DNA from: Gracilinanus agilis
Taxonomy: Eukaryota
Length of the DNA: 64,000 nt
Direction of reading: 5' to 3'
Assembly: GCF_016433145.1 (NCBI RefSeq)
Contig: NC_058135.1
Coordinates: 234,004,967 to 234,068,966, forward strand
The notes under the pieces were generated by a model. It saw nothing but the letters and a program-made list of their open reading frames with translations, ran no database searches and was not told the DNA's origin. Positions within the stretch are counted from its first letter, which is position 1; every line of letters starts with the position of its first letter. The translations under genes and the position numbers were made by a program. Shown here one piece after another: positions 38,711 to 49,848 of this stretch.

Positions 38711-40257
38711 TATTTGGAGCTTATTTTTGAAAATGGTTGGAATTTGCCTTCTGCCAGAGGAAGACTGCCCTTCAAGGGGAGTAGTGGAAAACATGATATG
38801 GGGGAGGGGGCAGGTATCCTAACCTCTGCAGGCTTCCTTGACCTCCTTTGTAATTTCTGGGGAGAAAAGGCTGGAACTCAATTTCACTGTGGTATGGAAA
38901 TTCATGGTGGGGCAACTTTTCCCACTGGTACAGATTAGTAACTCATAATCTTGGAGCATTGTCCCAGGCACTGAGAGACTGACTAACTTGCTCATGTTCA
39001 CACAGAGCATGCAGTGGAAACAATGCTTGAACCCAAATCTCCCTAACTCTGCCCACTGTTTCTCTGTTTGTAAAATACATTACTTATCTCCTAGGATTTG
39101 AGTGAAAAGGAAAGTGTGTGAAAACATTGGGGAACCAGCAAAGGGGTTAAGTAAATGCTAATCAACCAGTATTTATTAAATGTAAGCTATTATTTTTTCC
39201 AGATTGGGGAGGGTTCTCTCCCCCACCCCAACCCCCAAGCCTCCCACCAATTGGGAAGTATATATAAAAATGACTCTCTGCAGAGCCAGATCAGCTATTG
39301 GACTTCTCATACAGCCTGGGTGGGAGAAGTGTCTCTACCCAGCTGTAAGATTTCATTCTCTTTTCGAAGAGTCAGTTACCAGTGCAGTGTGTTGGATGAT
39401 TTATTTTTCTTGTGGGCAAGACAGATTCTAAAGCCGATTGTAAAATGCAGTCTTTGTTACTGCAGCTTTGGGGGTTTAAAAAAAATGCCAATGAGGAAAC
39501 AGAGCAAACTGTGACATGAATATACTGTATTTAGTAGCGCAGACTGATCTAGGTTTCCTTTACTTAGTCTGTCTTGTTCCAGCCGATTTTGCTTTTGAAG
39601 TTTATAAAGATGGATTAAAACACATTATGAGAATGAGTGGGCTGGCTGGTTAAATTGACATTAATTGTAGCATCCCATATTCCAGAAGAAATAGATTTTT
39701 TATTCAGTGCACTTGATTCTCAAGGTTAACGAAAATCGTACCTGAAAAGCTAATTCTGTACCATAGATTAAGTGATATAAAAATGTCACTCTAGTGGATG
39801 GATAGATATTGAGACACTGGGTGCCACCAGATTTGGGCTGCTTTTCCTTTTTTTTTTTTTTTTTTTTTTTGACCACACAAAATAAAGCATGAGCTCTGTC
39901 CTTGTGAGGGTGATGTGGGGCTTACAAGTGGTCTCCATGTTGTTCTTTGCAAAGTAAGTAGGCATTGCTGAGAATTTGTTATTATTACTAATCTTTCAAC
40001 ATCTCATTGTGGCAGTGACAAGCAGCCATGCTATCAGAGAGGGGGAAGCTCAGTCTGATCAAGTGAAAAGGCTTCAAATATGGGCACAAGGATCTAAATG
40101 GACGCATTTCTCTTTGGAAAGAGCATTGTCTCCAGAGTCAGAGGAATTGGGTTCAAATCTCATCCCTTATCTTCATAGCTTTCTGACATTGGGAAAGTCA
40201 TTTAACTTTTTAAGGCCTTAGTTTCCTCATCTTACAAATGTTAAAGCTGGATTAGAT

Positions 40258-40500
40258 CAGAAGTTCTTAACTGGAGATCCATGAAACCTCAAGTGGTCCA
40301 TGGGTAGATTTCAAGGGGTCTGTGACTTGGATGGGAAAAAAAAAATCATCTTTCTTTTTACTAATCTCAAATGAAATTTAGTAGCTTCTTCAGTCAGGAT
40401 TTTAAAAACATATTCTGAGGAAAAGTCCATTGTCTTCACCAGACTGCCAAAGGGAGCAATGATTTAAAAAAAACAACAGCAACAGCAACAACAAAAAAGA
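40258..40500. mobile_element. hAT-Charlie-like MITE inserted into a MIR (MIR about 40110-40257)
   Basis: Starts CAGAAGTTCTTAAC immediately after the MIR sequence GATTAGAT; right end degenerate. Confidence 0.65.
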
Positions 40501-40819
40501 AGCAGATCCATGATTAATTTAGCTCTAGTATCTTACTCTACCTTGAGCTCTAGGAAAGTAAACAATTCTCTTCCTGGTCTTGCCATGTAAGTAGACTTTG
40601 GAATGGTCCTCAGACATAGTTAAAGACATGATCAGAATGAATTCATCAATCTCCATATCTCCAGAGTTTAAACAGCTTGTTTAACCTAGTTCTAACACAT
40701 TACTCCATTTTAGGGATGTTACTGATTATTATTCTTAATGATAGTAATGTAAATCATTATCATTGTTTTATAACTGAGAACCAAGAACTGAGATTCCTTT
40801 GTCCAGAATAATTTTTCCT

Positions 40820-41850
40820 CCTTTATTTTTATTTTTCCAATTAAATATAATAACAATTTTCAACATTTTTCCAATTAAATATAATAATAATTTTCAACAT
40901 ACATTTTCTGATATTACAAGATCCAAATTGCCTCCCTTCCTTTGCCCTTCTCAAAGATAGAGAAAAATTTGATCTGTGTTATACATGCAATAATTCATTT
41001 ATTTATTTGTAAATTTTTTTTAGATTTAGAATATTTTTCCATGGTTACGTGATTCATGATCCTCTTGTCCCCTTCCCAAAACTCACAAGCAGTTCCACTG
41101 GGTTATATGTGTATCATTGTTCAAAACCTATTTCTATGCTATTCATATTTGCAGTAGAGTGATCTTTTAAAACAATAAAACCCTAATCATATCCCTATCG
41201 AACTATGTGATCGTAAGTTTTTCGAGAATTTATTTTTTAAAACAGATTTTTATTGATATATTTTTACATTGCATAGGTTTCCCCTTATTCCACCTCCTCC
41301 ACTTCCCAGAGAATTCCTCATAACAAATAATTTTTATTTTTTAATTAAAATTTTTTGGTAAAAATATTTTATTTTCCCAATTACATGTAATAACAATTTT
41401 CAGTGTACTTTTTTAAAATTATAGGATCAAATTGCCTCTCTTTCTCCCTTCCCTCCCCCTTTTCAGAGAGAGAGAGCAATTTGATCTGGGTGATACATAT
41501 AACAAGTTTTTTAAACAGATTTTTTTTGATATGTTTTTACATTGCATAGGTTTTCCCTTTTTCTACCCGCTCCATTTCCCAGAGAATTCCTTCTAACAAA
41601 TAATTTTTATTTTTTAAATAAAAATTTTTTTTGCAAAAATATTTTATTTTTCCAATTACATGTGATAACAATCTTCCATATAAGTTTTCTTACATGTAAT
41701 AATCTTTCACATAAGTTTTCTGAAGTTATAAGATCCAAATGGTCTCCTTCCTTCTATTCTCTCCCTTTTCCCAGAGACAGTAAGCAATTTGATCTGGATT
41801 ATGCATGTATTATCCTGCAAAATATATTTCCATGTTGTTCATTATAACAA
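40820..41850 (-). mobile_element. Stack of short L1-like 3'-end fragments, all antisense, with internal duplications
   Basis: Recurrent TTTTCCAATTACATGTAATAACAATTTT...GATCCAAATT...AGCAATTTGATCTGG units. Confidence 0.7.
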
Positions 41851-43964
41851 CTAGTTTTTAAAAGAGAAAGAGGAAAAAATACTGTAAAATCAACCAACAC
41901 ACTGGAAAACTCAGACTTGATATATATTGCTCCATTTTCCTGGATTCCATAATCTTGGGAAAGAATTGGGGCAGGGGGAGGTATCCTGGAATAGCTTTTA
42001 TTTGAGCCAAATCAATTTCAGCGGTTTGAATTTTGGAATTTGCCTACTTCCAGGACCATGTATTAGAGACAGGCACACTACACTGCTCTGGTTTGGATTT
42101 CTGAACTATTTAATTATGCATACTCTATAGTAGTTAACTGTACTAGAGAAAACAAATTAGTTTGTGATGCTGGATAAGATTTACATTTCATTAAGAACCC
42201 TCCTTCCCCCCCTCCCCTTTCTGTATGTTTTAGCGATCCTTAGAAATATGAGGCTAGCCCTGCTCACATCTATGCTTGCAGATATAATTAGGTCAGAATG
42301 CTGTTAGATCTCATGTCTAGCTCAGGTTTGGAGGCAGAGGGTCATCTCTTTTATGCTTCTACTAATATGATTTGGGAGTTGTTTATTTCTATAATTAAGA
42401 AGTTGGGTCACTAATTTTGCTATTTATTTCTCAGCAACACAAGGAGAAAGATTTCTGGAGTGATCGGAAACACACGGATATTATTGTACAGAGCTGTGGA
42501 TTCTTTATAGGGACTAGAGAAACACACGCTGACACCCCATCTTTTTCAGAGGTTAGTTAGAGGCTGTGAATACTGGACAGTGGTAAAGCTTATTCTGGAT
42601 TTCCAAGGAAGTGATTAGAAGACAAAATGGAGAGATTTCCCTTTCTGTTCTTTTGATAGACAGGATATTCTAATCGTCTGTCTTTACATGATACCTCATT
42701 ACTCCTTCATTACTTATCACCCAAGGCCATAACATCTTCAGAGGCAAATATAAGTTTTTCATTGATTTACATGTTTGTATTTTCAACATATGAAAGATGA
42801 ACATGTAATTAATATAAAAATTAAAATTTATGCTCAGATAATGCTGCAAGATTTATATATTTTAATACTCCCAAGATTTATACTTGGGCATTTCTGTGTG
42901 CTTCAATTAATTGCTAACGAGAAGTGCAAGTTTGTATCTTCTGAAAAAAGGAAAATCAATGTGCCCTTAATATTTTGGAAGTTGGGAATAACATTTCATG
43001 AAAAATAGATTGAATGCTTCTATGAATATTAAATTAAAAAAATTACTCTTCAAAATATTTGGCAAATAATGAGGGTTTTTTTAATAAGCTTCATGACTCC
43101 CAGACTAGGTTGCACATGTTTCTCTATGCCTGTTTTACACAATGCATTCATTATTGGTTCTCATGATCATTTCTTTCCTATTCCTGCATTAATGATGCAC
43201 AATAGAGGTATAAAATTACATCAAAGGCTTCTAATGGTTTTACTCTCAATATATTTGGCTCATGAACTACCTTAGAGCTGGAAAATTTGGGGGGCAGCCT
43301 TTTCAGCCATCATATTTTGTTCGTATGATGTTTTGTGGACAGAAACTGCCACCAAAGGAGCATGTTGTGATTCACTTTTACACGGTAGAAAACAAAGGAC
43401 GTATGAAAAACGTACTTTGGAAACAGACAATCAGATAAGACCATATCTTTGATACTTGGAGCATAGTTGGTCCACCTGGTTCACAATGTCTGCCCAAGGT
43501 GGTAGAAATGGGGATTTCTCCAAACATAGTGGCATGCGAGGCATGAAGGAGCCTAGCAGAATTTTTTAAAAAGAAATAAACCCAAATTAGTATTGCTTAT
43601 AAATTTAGTTATTTATTGAGCCAGGAAAACCTAGGCTCAAATCTGGCCTTTGGATCAACATTGGGGGAATGACAACTTCTCATAGTCCTCACAAAACTCT
43701 CACACTCCAAGTTCTAAAGGAGCTGAGATAGCCACACTAGGAATTTGCTTTTAACCCCTCAAATAACCCAACTTAAAACCAAAAAGCAAACAACAACAAA
43801 AACCAAACAAATTTAGTAATGTAGGCTTTATAGATTTACAAATTAGGAATTGTAAATGGTATTAAGAGGATCACAGGGTTATAAATTTAGAGCTGGTTCT
43901 TCTAACCACTCCATAAAGACATTAAGTGACTTGCCCAAGACCACAAAGCTAGTAAGAATCTGAG

Positions 43965-44465
43965 GAAGGGGACAATTAGTTGGCTTATTGGATAAGAGAG
44001 TCAGGCCTAGAGAGGGGATCTCCTGGGTTCAAATTTGGGCTTAGATACTTCATACCTATGTGATCCTGGGCAAGTCACTTATCCCAAATATCTAGCCCTT
44101 ACCTCTCTTCTGTTTTGGAACTGATACTTAGCATTGATTCTAAGACAGAAGATAAAAGTTTATTTTTAATTTTTTAAATTTTTATTTAAGTATTTTTCCA
44201 TGGCTACATGATTCATGTTCATTCTCTCCCCCTTTTCCCTCCCTACTCCCAGAATTCACAAGGAATTCCACTGGGTTATACATGTATTATCACTCAATAA
44301 TTATTTCCATATTAATTATTTTTGTAATAATCAAAACACCACAACCCTACATCTAATACTCATATAAACAAGTGAAAAATCAAATATTTCTCTTCTACAT
44401 TTCTATTCTTACAGTTCTTTCTCTTGATGTGGATAGCATTCAGAAGGTAAAGGTTTTTTAAAAAA
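43965..44465 (+). mobile_element. SINE1-like SINE inside an antisense MIR-like element, itself interrupted by an antisense L1 3' fragment (44161-44440)
   Basis: Outer TSD AAGAATCTGAG/AAGTATCTGAG (43954-43964, 44466-44476); inner TSD CAGAAGATAAAAGTT/CAGAAGGTAAAGGTT (44146-44160, 44441-44455). Confidence 0.8.
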
Positions 44466-44812
44466 AAGTATCTGAGAGATTTGAACCCAGGTCTATACTT
44501 AACACATTTCCATGAAAAGATTCTAGTGGTCACAGGTAAAGTGAATGTGATGGTGCAGAAGTTGTGCTCTTTCTGCTGGTCTTCTTTGGGAAATTATTAC
44601 ATGGGAATTATAATCTGTTCCAAATCACATCATGAGCTCATTTGAAGTGTATCCTATTCAGCTTCCACAGTCTCCTTATGGACCCTACCTCTTCAAGATC
44701 ATGGTTTATCATTCTCTGAGTCCATTTCTTTAAACTCCATTTTCTAACAGGAAGTTGAAAATCTCTCTCCCTGAATCTTTCCAGTAACAAAAAAAGTACA
44801 TAATCTTTTTGC

Positions 44813-44922
44813 CACACACATTGGAAGAGGAATTTTGAAAACTGAAATTCTCAGAAGAATTGACACAAATTGGAAGAGGAATTTTGAAAACTGAAATATT
44901 CCTCTTCCAATGTGTGTCAATT
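44813..44922. repeat. 29-bp direct repeat plus 25-bp inverted repeat (hairpin)
   Basis: ATTGGAAGAGGAATTTTGAAAACTGAAAT at 44820-44848 and 44869-44897; 44858-44882 pairs with 44898-44922 at 24/25. Confidence 0.95.
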
Positions 44923-45429
44923 AGAGCAGGAATTCTGGCAGGTTTTACCAAGCTGTATAGAATCTGAACAATGCCTTGGCAATAGATTTCATATCTTCTC
45001 TCTGAGGGACAGCTTAGCTAAGAACTAGGAGATTCATCACCTGAATGTTGGGTACCAGGCATTGATTTTTTTTTGGATCTATGAAGATGAAAATGGAAAA
45101 AAAAATGACTGTCTGATTTCACAATAATAGTTGAATAGTAGAAGGTGCCAAGATCCCCATGGTTCTTTAGATGACTTCAAACATCGTATCATAGACTTAA
45201 GCTGGAAAGGATCTTAGAGCTTCTCACTCCAAACCCCTTTATTTTATAAATGAGGAAACTGAGGCCTGGAAAGATTAAATAACTTATCATTGATTATATG
45301 AGAAGTAAGTTGGGCTGTGATTTAAGTGCAGGGGCCTGAATTCTAAACTAACCTTTGAATTTTATCCTTTCCACTGTATCATGCTGCCTCATCCTTTTAG
45401 CTGGTGACTCTCTCAACATGTGAATTTAT

Positions 45430-46775
45430 TTCAATGATCAACAAATTGACATACTTATAGAAAAATTAAATTACAGTCATACTGGCTTTCTCACAATAAA
45501 TGAAACCAGAAGACATAAAGCAGTTGCTGCTAAATGAAAGTCTGGCTTTATCTTTCTTTAGAAGTGGAAAATAAGAATTGGTTTCATTGTGTATCCAAAG
45601 ATAATTTAAAAAAATATTTAGCAGATTAACTTGATCATCTTAACTTGCAGGACTCACAGAGAGTATGAACAGACAACTAGGAGGGTAATTTCATTGAATG
45701 CATCAATATACTTTATATATGATAAAGAAACAGAGATATTCTGTGAAGAACTTGCCAAGATTTTCTAAGCTTTTCAGGATCTACATGGTGAATTGGAACA
45801 TACTGAATTCAGTGTAAAAGAGGCCCATTAGGAGAATAGTGAAAACTATACTAGAAAGCAGAGTTTAGGATCAAGAAATGCAAGAGTCCAACAGTGTAAA
45901 GGCTACTTATGAGCTTTACACCTACGTATGAAGGATATTTTATTAAAGAAGAGAGTCAGTGCTGAACAGGGAAAACATCAAATAATCTTATAACAAATAA
46001 AACGGATTCTAGCCTAACAGACTCAGAATTTACTGTCTTTTTGCAGCCATCTCATTAAAGCAAAGGCCAAAAAAAAGCACAAAATTGGAGAAAAGATTAA
46101 AAACGAGAAAATAATCCCATGTATGATTATGGCCATTGCAGCATAATCTGTTTATTAACTAGTCTGTCAACTTCCCCAAACAGAAAAGAAGCAAAAGTAA
46201 AGATGTGAACTCTATTACATTTTCTAGAAAAATTAAAACCATGAAGAACACTTGCTATAACAAGATGGTATATTAACAGTCAATCTCTTTGCCAAGTGGA
46301 GAGACATCAGATCCAGGATAATACTGATTTAGAGTATTACGTCAATTGTAGAGTAGAATCAACAGAAAAAAAAAGAGGAAAGTCCCTGAAGAGAACATGT
46401 TAGAGATTGATATGAGATCCAGCTAAACATTTGATGATGCGACTATATGAAGAACAACAGATGAGATGGAACAGATCTGCTGGTGCTTTATAATAATGGA
46501 TTCTTACTAGTGACAATAGCGAAACCAAGTTGGAATTTACCATCTCAGTATCCAGCTGTACCATGTACAAAAGTGGTAACCACATATAAATAGAAAGACT
46601 CCCTGCTGCAGGGGACACACTCTTTTTCTACTCTCAAGAGATCTCAAAGTGGGAAAAATTCCAAAAGAATGGAAAAGACCATGAAATGTGCTATGAATAA
46701 TTTTTAAAAAGATGACTAAAGACAGGGATAACTGTTGACCTATGTATCTGCCTTCTCATCAAGAAAATTTTTATA
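45430..46775 (+). mobile_element. Degenerate RTE-clade LINE (endonuclease to RT N-terminus)
   Basis: Relict translations GIGFIVYPK (GAATTGGTTTCATTGTGTATCCAAAG), IFCEELAK, KVGKIPKEWKR and a decayed KKGD-NYRPI-like motif; many frameshifts and stops. Confidence 0.75.
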
Positions 46776-47442
46776 GGAAGCAGGCAGGTGGTACAGTGGA
46801 AAGAGCATTGGACTTGGAGCCAAGAAGACCCAAATTTGAATTTTGCTTCAAACACTGTGTGATCCTGGGCAATTCACTTAAACTCTATCAGACTCAGTTT
46901 TTTCTTCTGTAAAATGGGAATAATAATAACATTTGACTCATAGGGTTGTTATAAGGATAAATGAGATCACATGTAAAGTGCTTTATAGACCTTGAGTGTT
47001 ACAAAAATATTAACTATCACCACCATCATTATTAACATTAATGGGATATTAATTTATTTCTACTGTATTTTATTCTTACTGTCTTAGATGTGATCCAGGT
47101 AGAAACTGTCCTATAACAAACTACTACCCTTTTTTGATTCTATTTAAAGATCTGCAGATTATTGCACAAGTGAATAAAATGATGCTTTCTTTTAATTAAA
47201 TAAGAGTATTGAGATGTAAGTCATTCTTCAGCAGGCTAACTGAAAGCACTTTTGAGACAATTCCAGTAACAGTCAGGATTTCAGAGGTGATTATGTACTT
47301 TATCATATTCCTACATGGATTTTATTTCTTTAATTAGATTTCAATATTTTGAAAGCTTTTCATTTGGTTTAGAAAGGTGGCATCCATTAAAATATTCTTA
47401 AATATTTATGAGTCAATGTTTTTATTATTGTTATTATTATTA

Positions 47443-47750
47443 GCCCAGCCTAGTGGCTCATTTTAGTTGTCTGAGGTTCCTTCTGCTAGGAAAGCTGAGA
47501 CTGATGGATGGTCCAGATATGGGAGTTTTAAGCTGCAGTAGGGCTAAAGCTGATTGGGTGCCTGAATTGAGTCCAGCACCAATATGGCAGACCACCAGGT
47601 GCCTAGGGAGGGATAAACTGGTCCAGGTCAGAGAAATAGAACAGATTAAAGCTTTTGCGCCATTCACTATTTTAGATCAGGTCTATGAATGACTGCTGCA
47701 CTTTTAGCCTGGTGAGATGGGGAGAGCAAGTCTCAAACAATTAAAAAAAA
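47443..47750 (+). pseudogene. 7SL (SRP) RNA-derived retroposon, near full length, with A-rich tail (marsupial P7SL-like)
   Basis: Collinear with 7SL: GCTGAGACTGATGGAT...GGGAGTT...CACCAATATGG...ACCACCAGGTGCCTAGGGAGGG...CCAGGTCAG...CTGCACTTTTAGCCTGG...GTCTC then AAACAATTAAAAAAAA; short deletion in the S domain. Confidence 0.85.
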
Positions 47751-48199
47751 TTTTTATGCTTAAAGGAAACATAAGAAGGGAACAGGAAGACTTTCACAAC
47801 ATATTTTCTAGAGACCATGTCTTATATAACTGATCTAGAGGTGTCTAATATATAAAATCTCACTAGATGTATTGATTTTTTTCATAAAGTACCTGACTCA
47901 CTAAGACAAAATAAAGCTTCAAAGGCTTTTCTCAGACAAGGATGTTTTCTGTGAGGCAGAATAGAATCTTGAACTCTCAGGTGTAAATCTTGACTCTGCT
48001 CTTTATTGTGTACCTTATGCCATTTATTTTTTTTTTTGAATCAGGAGGTTGGATGAGATGATCTGTAAGGTTCTTTCAAGCACTCATTTATATGCATTAT
48101 TAAAATCATATAAGATTCTAAGAAAGGAATCTGGCAGAAACTAGGCTTAGGCTAAGATCCCACACCATATAATGCAATAAACTTTAAATGTATACGTAA

Positions 48200-49600
48200 T
48201 ATAAATATAAAAGGTCACATCAGAAACAAATTAGAGGAGTAAGAAAAAACACAAATTTTTCATGGCTAGGTATAAGGGAGAGTGAATGACTAGATAAGGG
48301 ATAGAAAGGACCATGTAAAATAAAATGGACAATTTCAACTGTATAACATTAAGAAGTTTTTGTATAAAAAATATAGTACAATTAAGCTGGGAAACAATTA
48401 CCTAGGGGGCAGCTGGGTAGCTCAGTGGATTGAGAGCCAGGCCTAGAGATGGGAGGTCCTAGGTTCAAATCTGCCCTCAGACACTTCCCAGCTGTGTGAC
48501 CCTGGGCAAGTCACTTGACCCCCATTGCCTAGCCCTTACCACTCTTCTGCCTTGGAGCCAATACACAGTATTGACTCGAAGACAGAAGGTAAGGGTTTAA
48601 AAAAAATTACCTAAAAACAAAACTTTTGCTGCAAGCTTCTCTGATAAAGATCTTACATGCAGAATTCATTAGGAATCTATTAAAACATATGAGAATTAGA
48701 ATATTTTCTAATAGATAAATGATCAAAGGATATGAATAGGATATTCTCAAGGGAAGAACTCTATACTATCTACAGCCATTGAAAAAAATGTTTCATATAA
48801 CTATTGGAGAAGTGAAAAATAAAGCAACTCTGAGATTCCATCCATGTCTAGCAGATCAGCAAAAATGATAAAAATGCAATATGACAGTTGTTGAAGGGAT
48901 TATGGGAAGATTGGCACATTGGTACATTGTTGGTGGAGTTGTGAATTGGTCTCTTCTTTTGATTTTTTAAAAAAATTATTTTTTACAATTATAAGTACAA
49001 TTTTAAACATTCATTTAAAAAAAAATTCTGAGTTCCAAATTCTCTTCCTCCCTCTTTTTCCTCCTCCATCCAAGAGAAAGCAGTGAATTTTATAGACTAT
49101 ACATGTACAGTTATACAAAAGCCCTTCCATTATGGAAAGCAATTTAGAATTGTGTGTCAAAAGAAAAATATCTAAAACATGTATGTCCTTTTGAGCTATT
49201 AATGTTACTACTATGACATAAAGAAATCAAAGAAAGCAGAAAATATATAAAATTATTTATAGCATTCCTTTTTGTAGTGGTAAAGAACTGGAAACAAAGG
49301 AGGTATTCCATCAATTGGGGGATGTATGAACAAATTAAATTATAAGAATATTATTTCATGAGCAATTATGAAAGGAATAGTTTCAGAGAAACCTGAGAAA
49401 ATTCATATGACCTGATGCAGAGTGAAGTGATCAGAACCAGGAGAATAATTTGTATAGTGGCAACTCTGCTATAAAGAAAAACTATTTTGAAAGAACTCTG
49501 ATTAATTCAATGACCAGCCACAGCTCCAGAGGACTGATGGCGAAGCATGCTGTCCACCTCTAGATAGAGGTGTAATGTACTCAAGGTACAGAACAAGATA
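48200..49600 (+). mobile_element. Old L1 ORF2 C-terminus/3' end, sense, with nested inserts
   Basis: AAAATGGACAATTTCAAC...GATCAAAGGATATGAATAGG...TTGTTGGTGGAGTTGTGAATTGGT...GAACTGGAAAC...GATGCAGAGTGAAGTGATCAGAACCAGGAGAA. Confidence 0.75.
48405..48604 (+). mobile_element. Young SINE1_Mdo-like SINE (long-3' variant), full length
   Basis: A and B boxes intact; TSD AATTACCTA at 48396-48404 and 48605-48613. Confidence 0.92.
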
Positions 49601-49610
49601 TATACTTGGA

Positions 49611-49848
49611 CTCTCTGTCTCTGTCTGTCTATCTATGTCTGTCTCCTTCCCTCTCCCTACTCCTTACTTTCTGTCTTAGAATCATATGTATGTATCCGTT
49701 CCAAGGCAGAAGAGTGGTAAGGGCTAGGCAACTGGGGTAAAGTTACTTTCCCAGGGTCACACAGCTAGGAAGTGGCTAGGGCCAGATTTAACCCAGAACC
49801 TCTCATCTCCAGACCTGGCTCTCTTTCCACTGAGCCACTTAGGTACCC
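49611..49848 (-). mobile_element. SINE1-like SINE, older copy, with (CTGT/CT)-type repeat at the tail
   Basis: TTCCAAGGCAGAAGAGTGGTAAGGGCTAGGCAA...CCACTGAGCCACTTAG. Confidence 0.8.
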
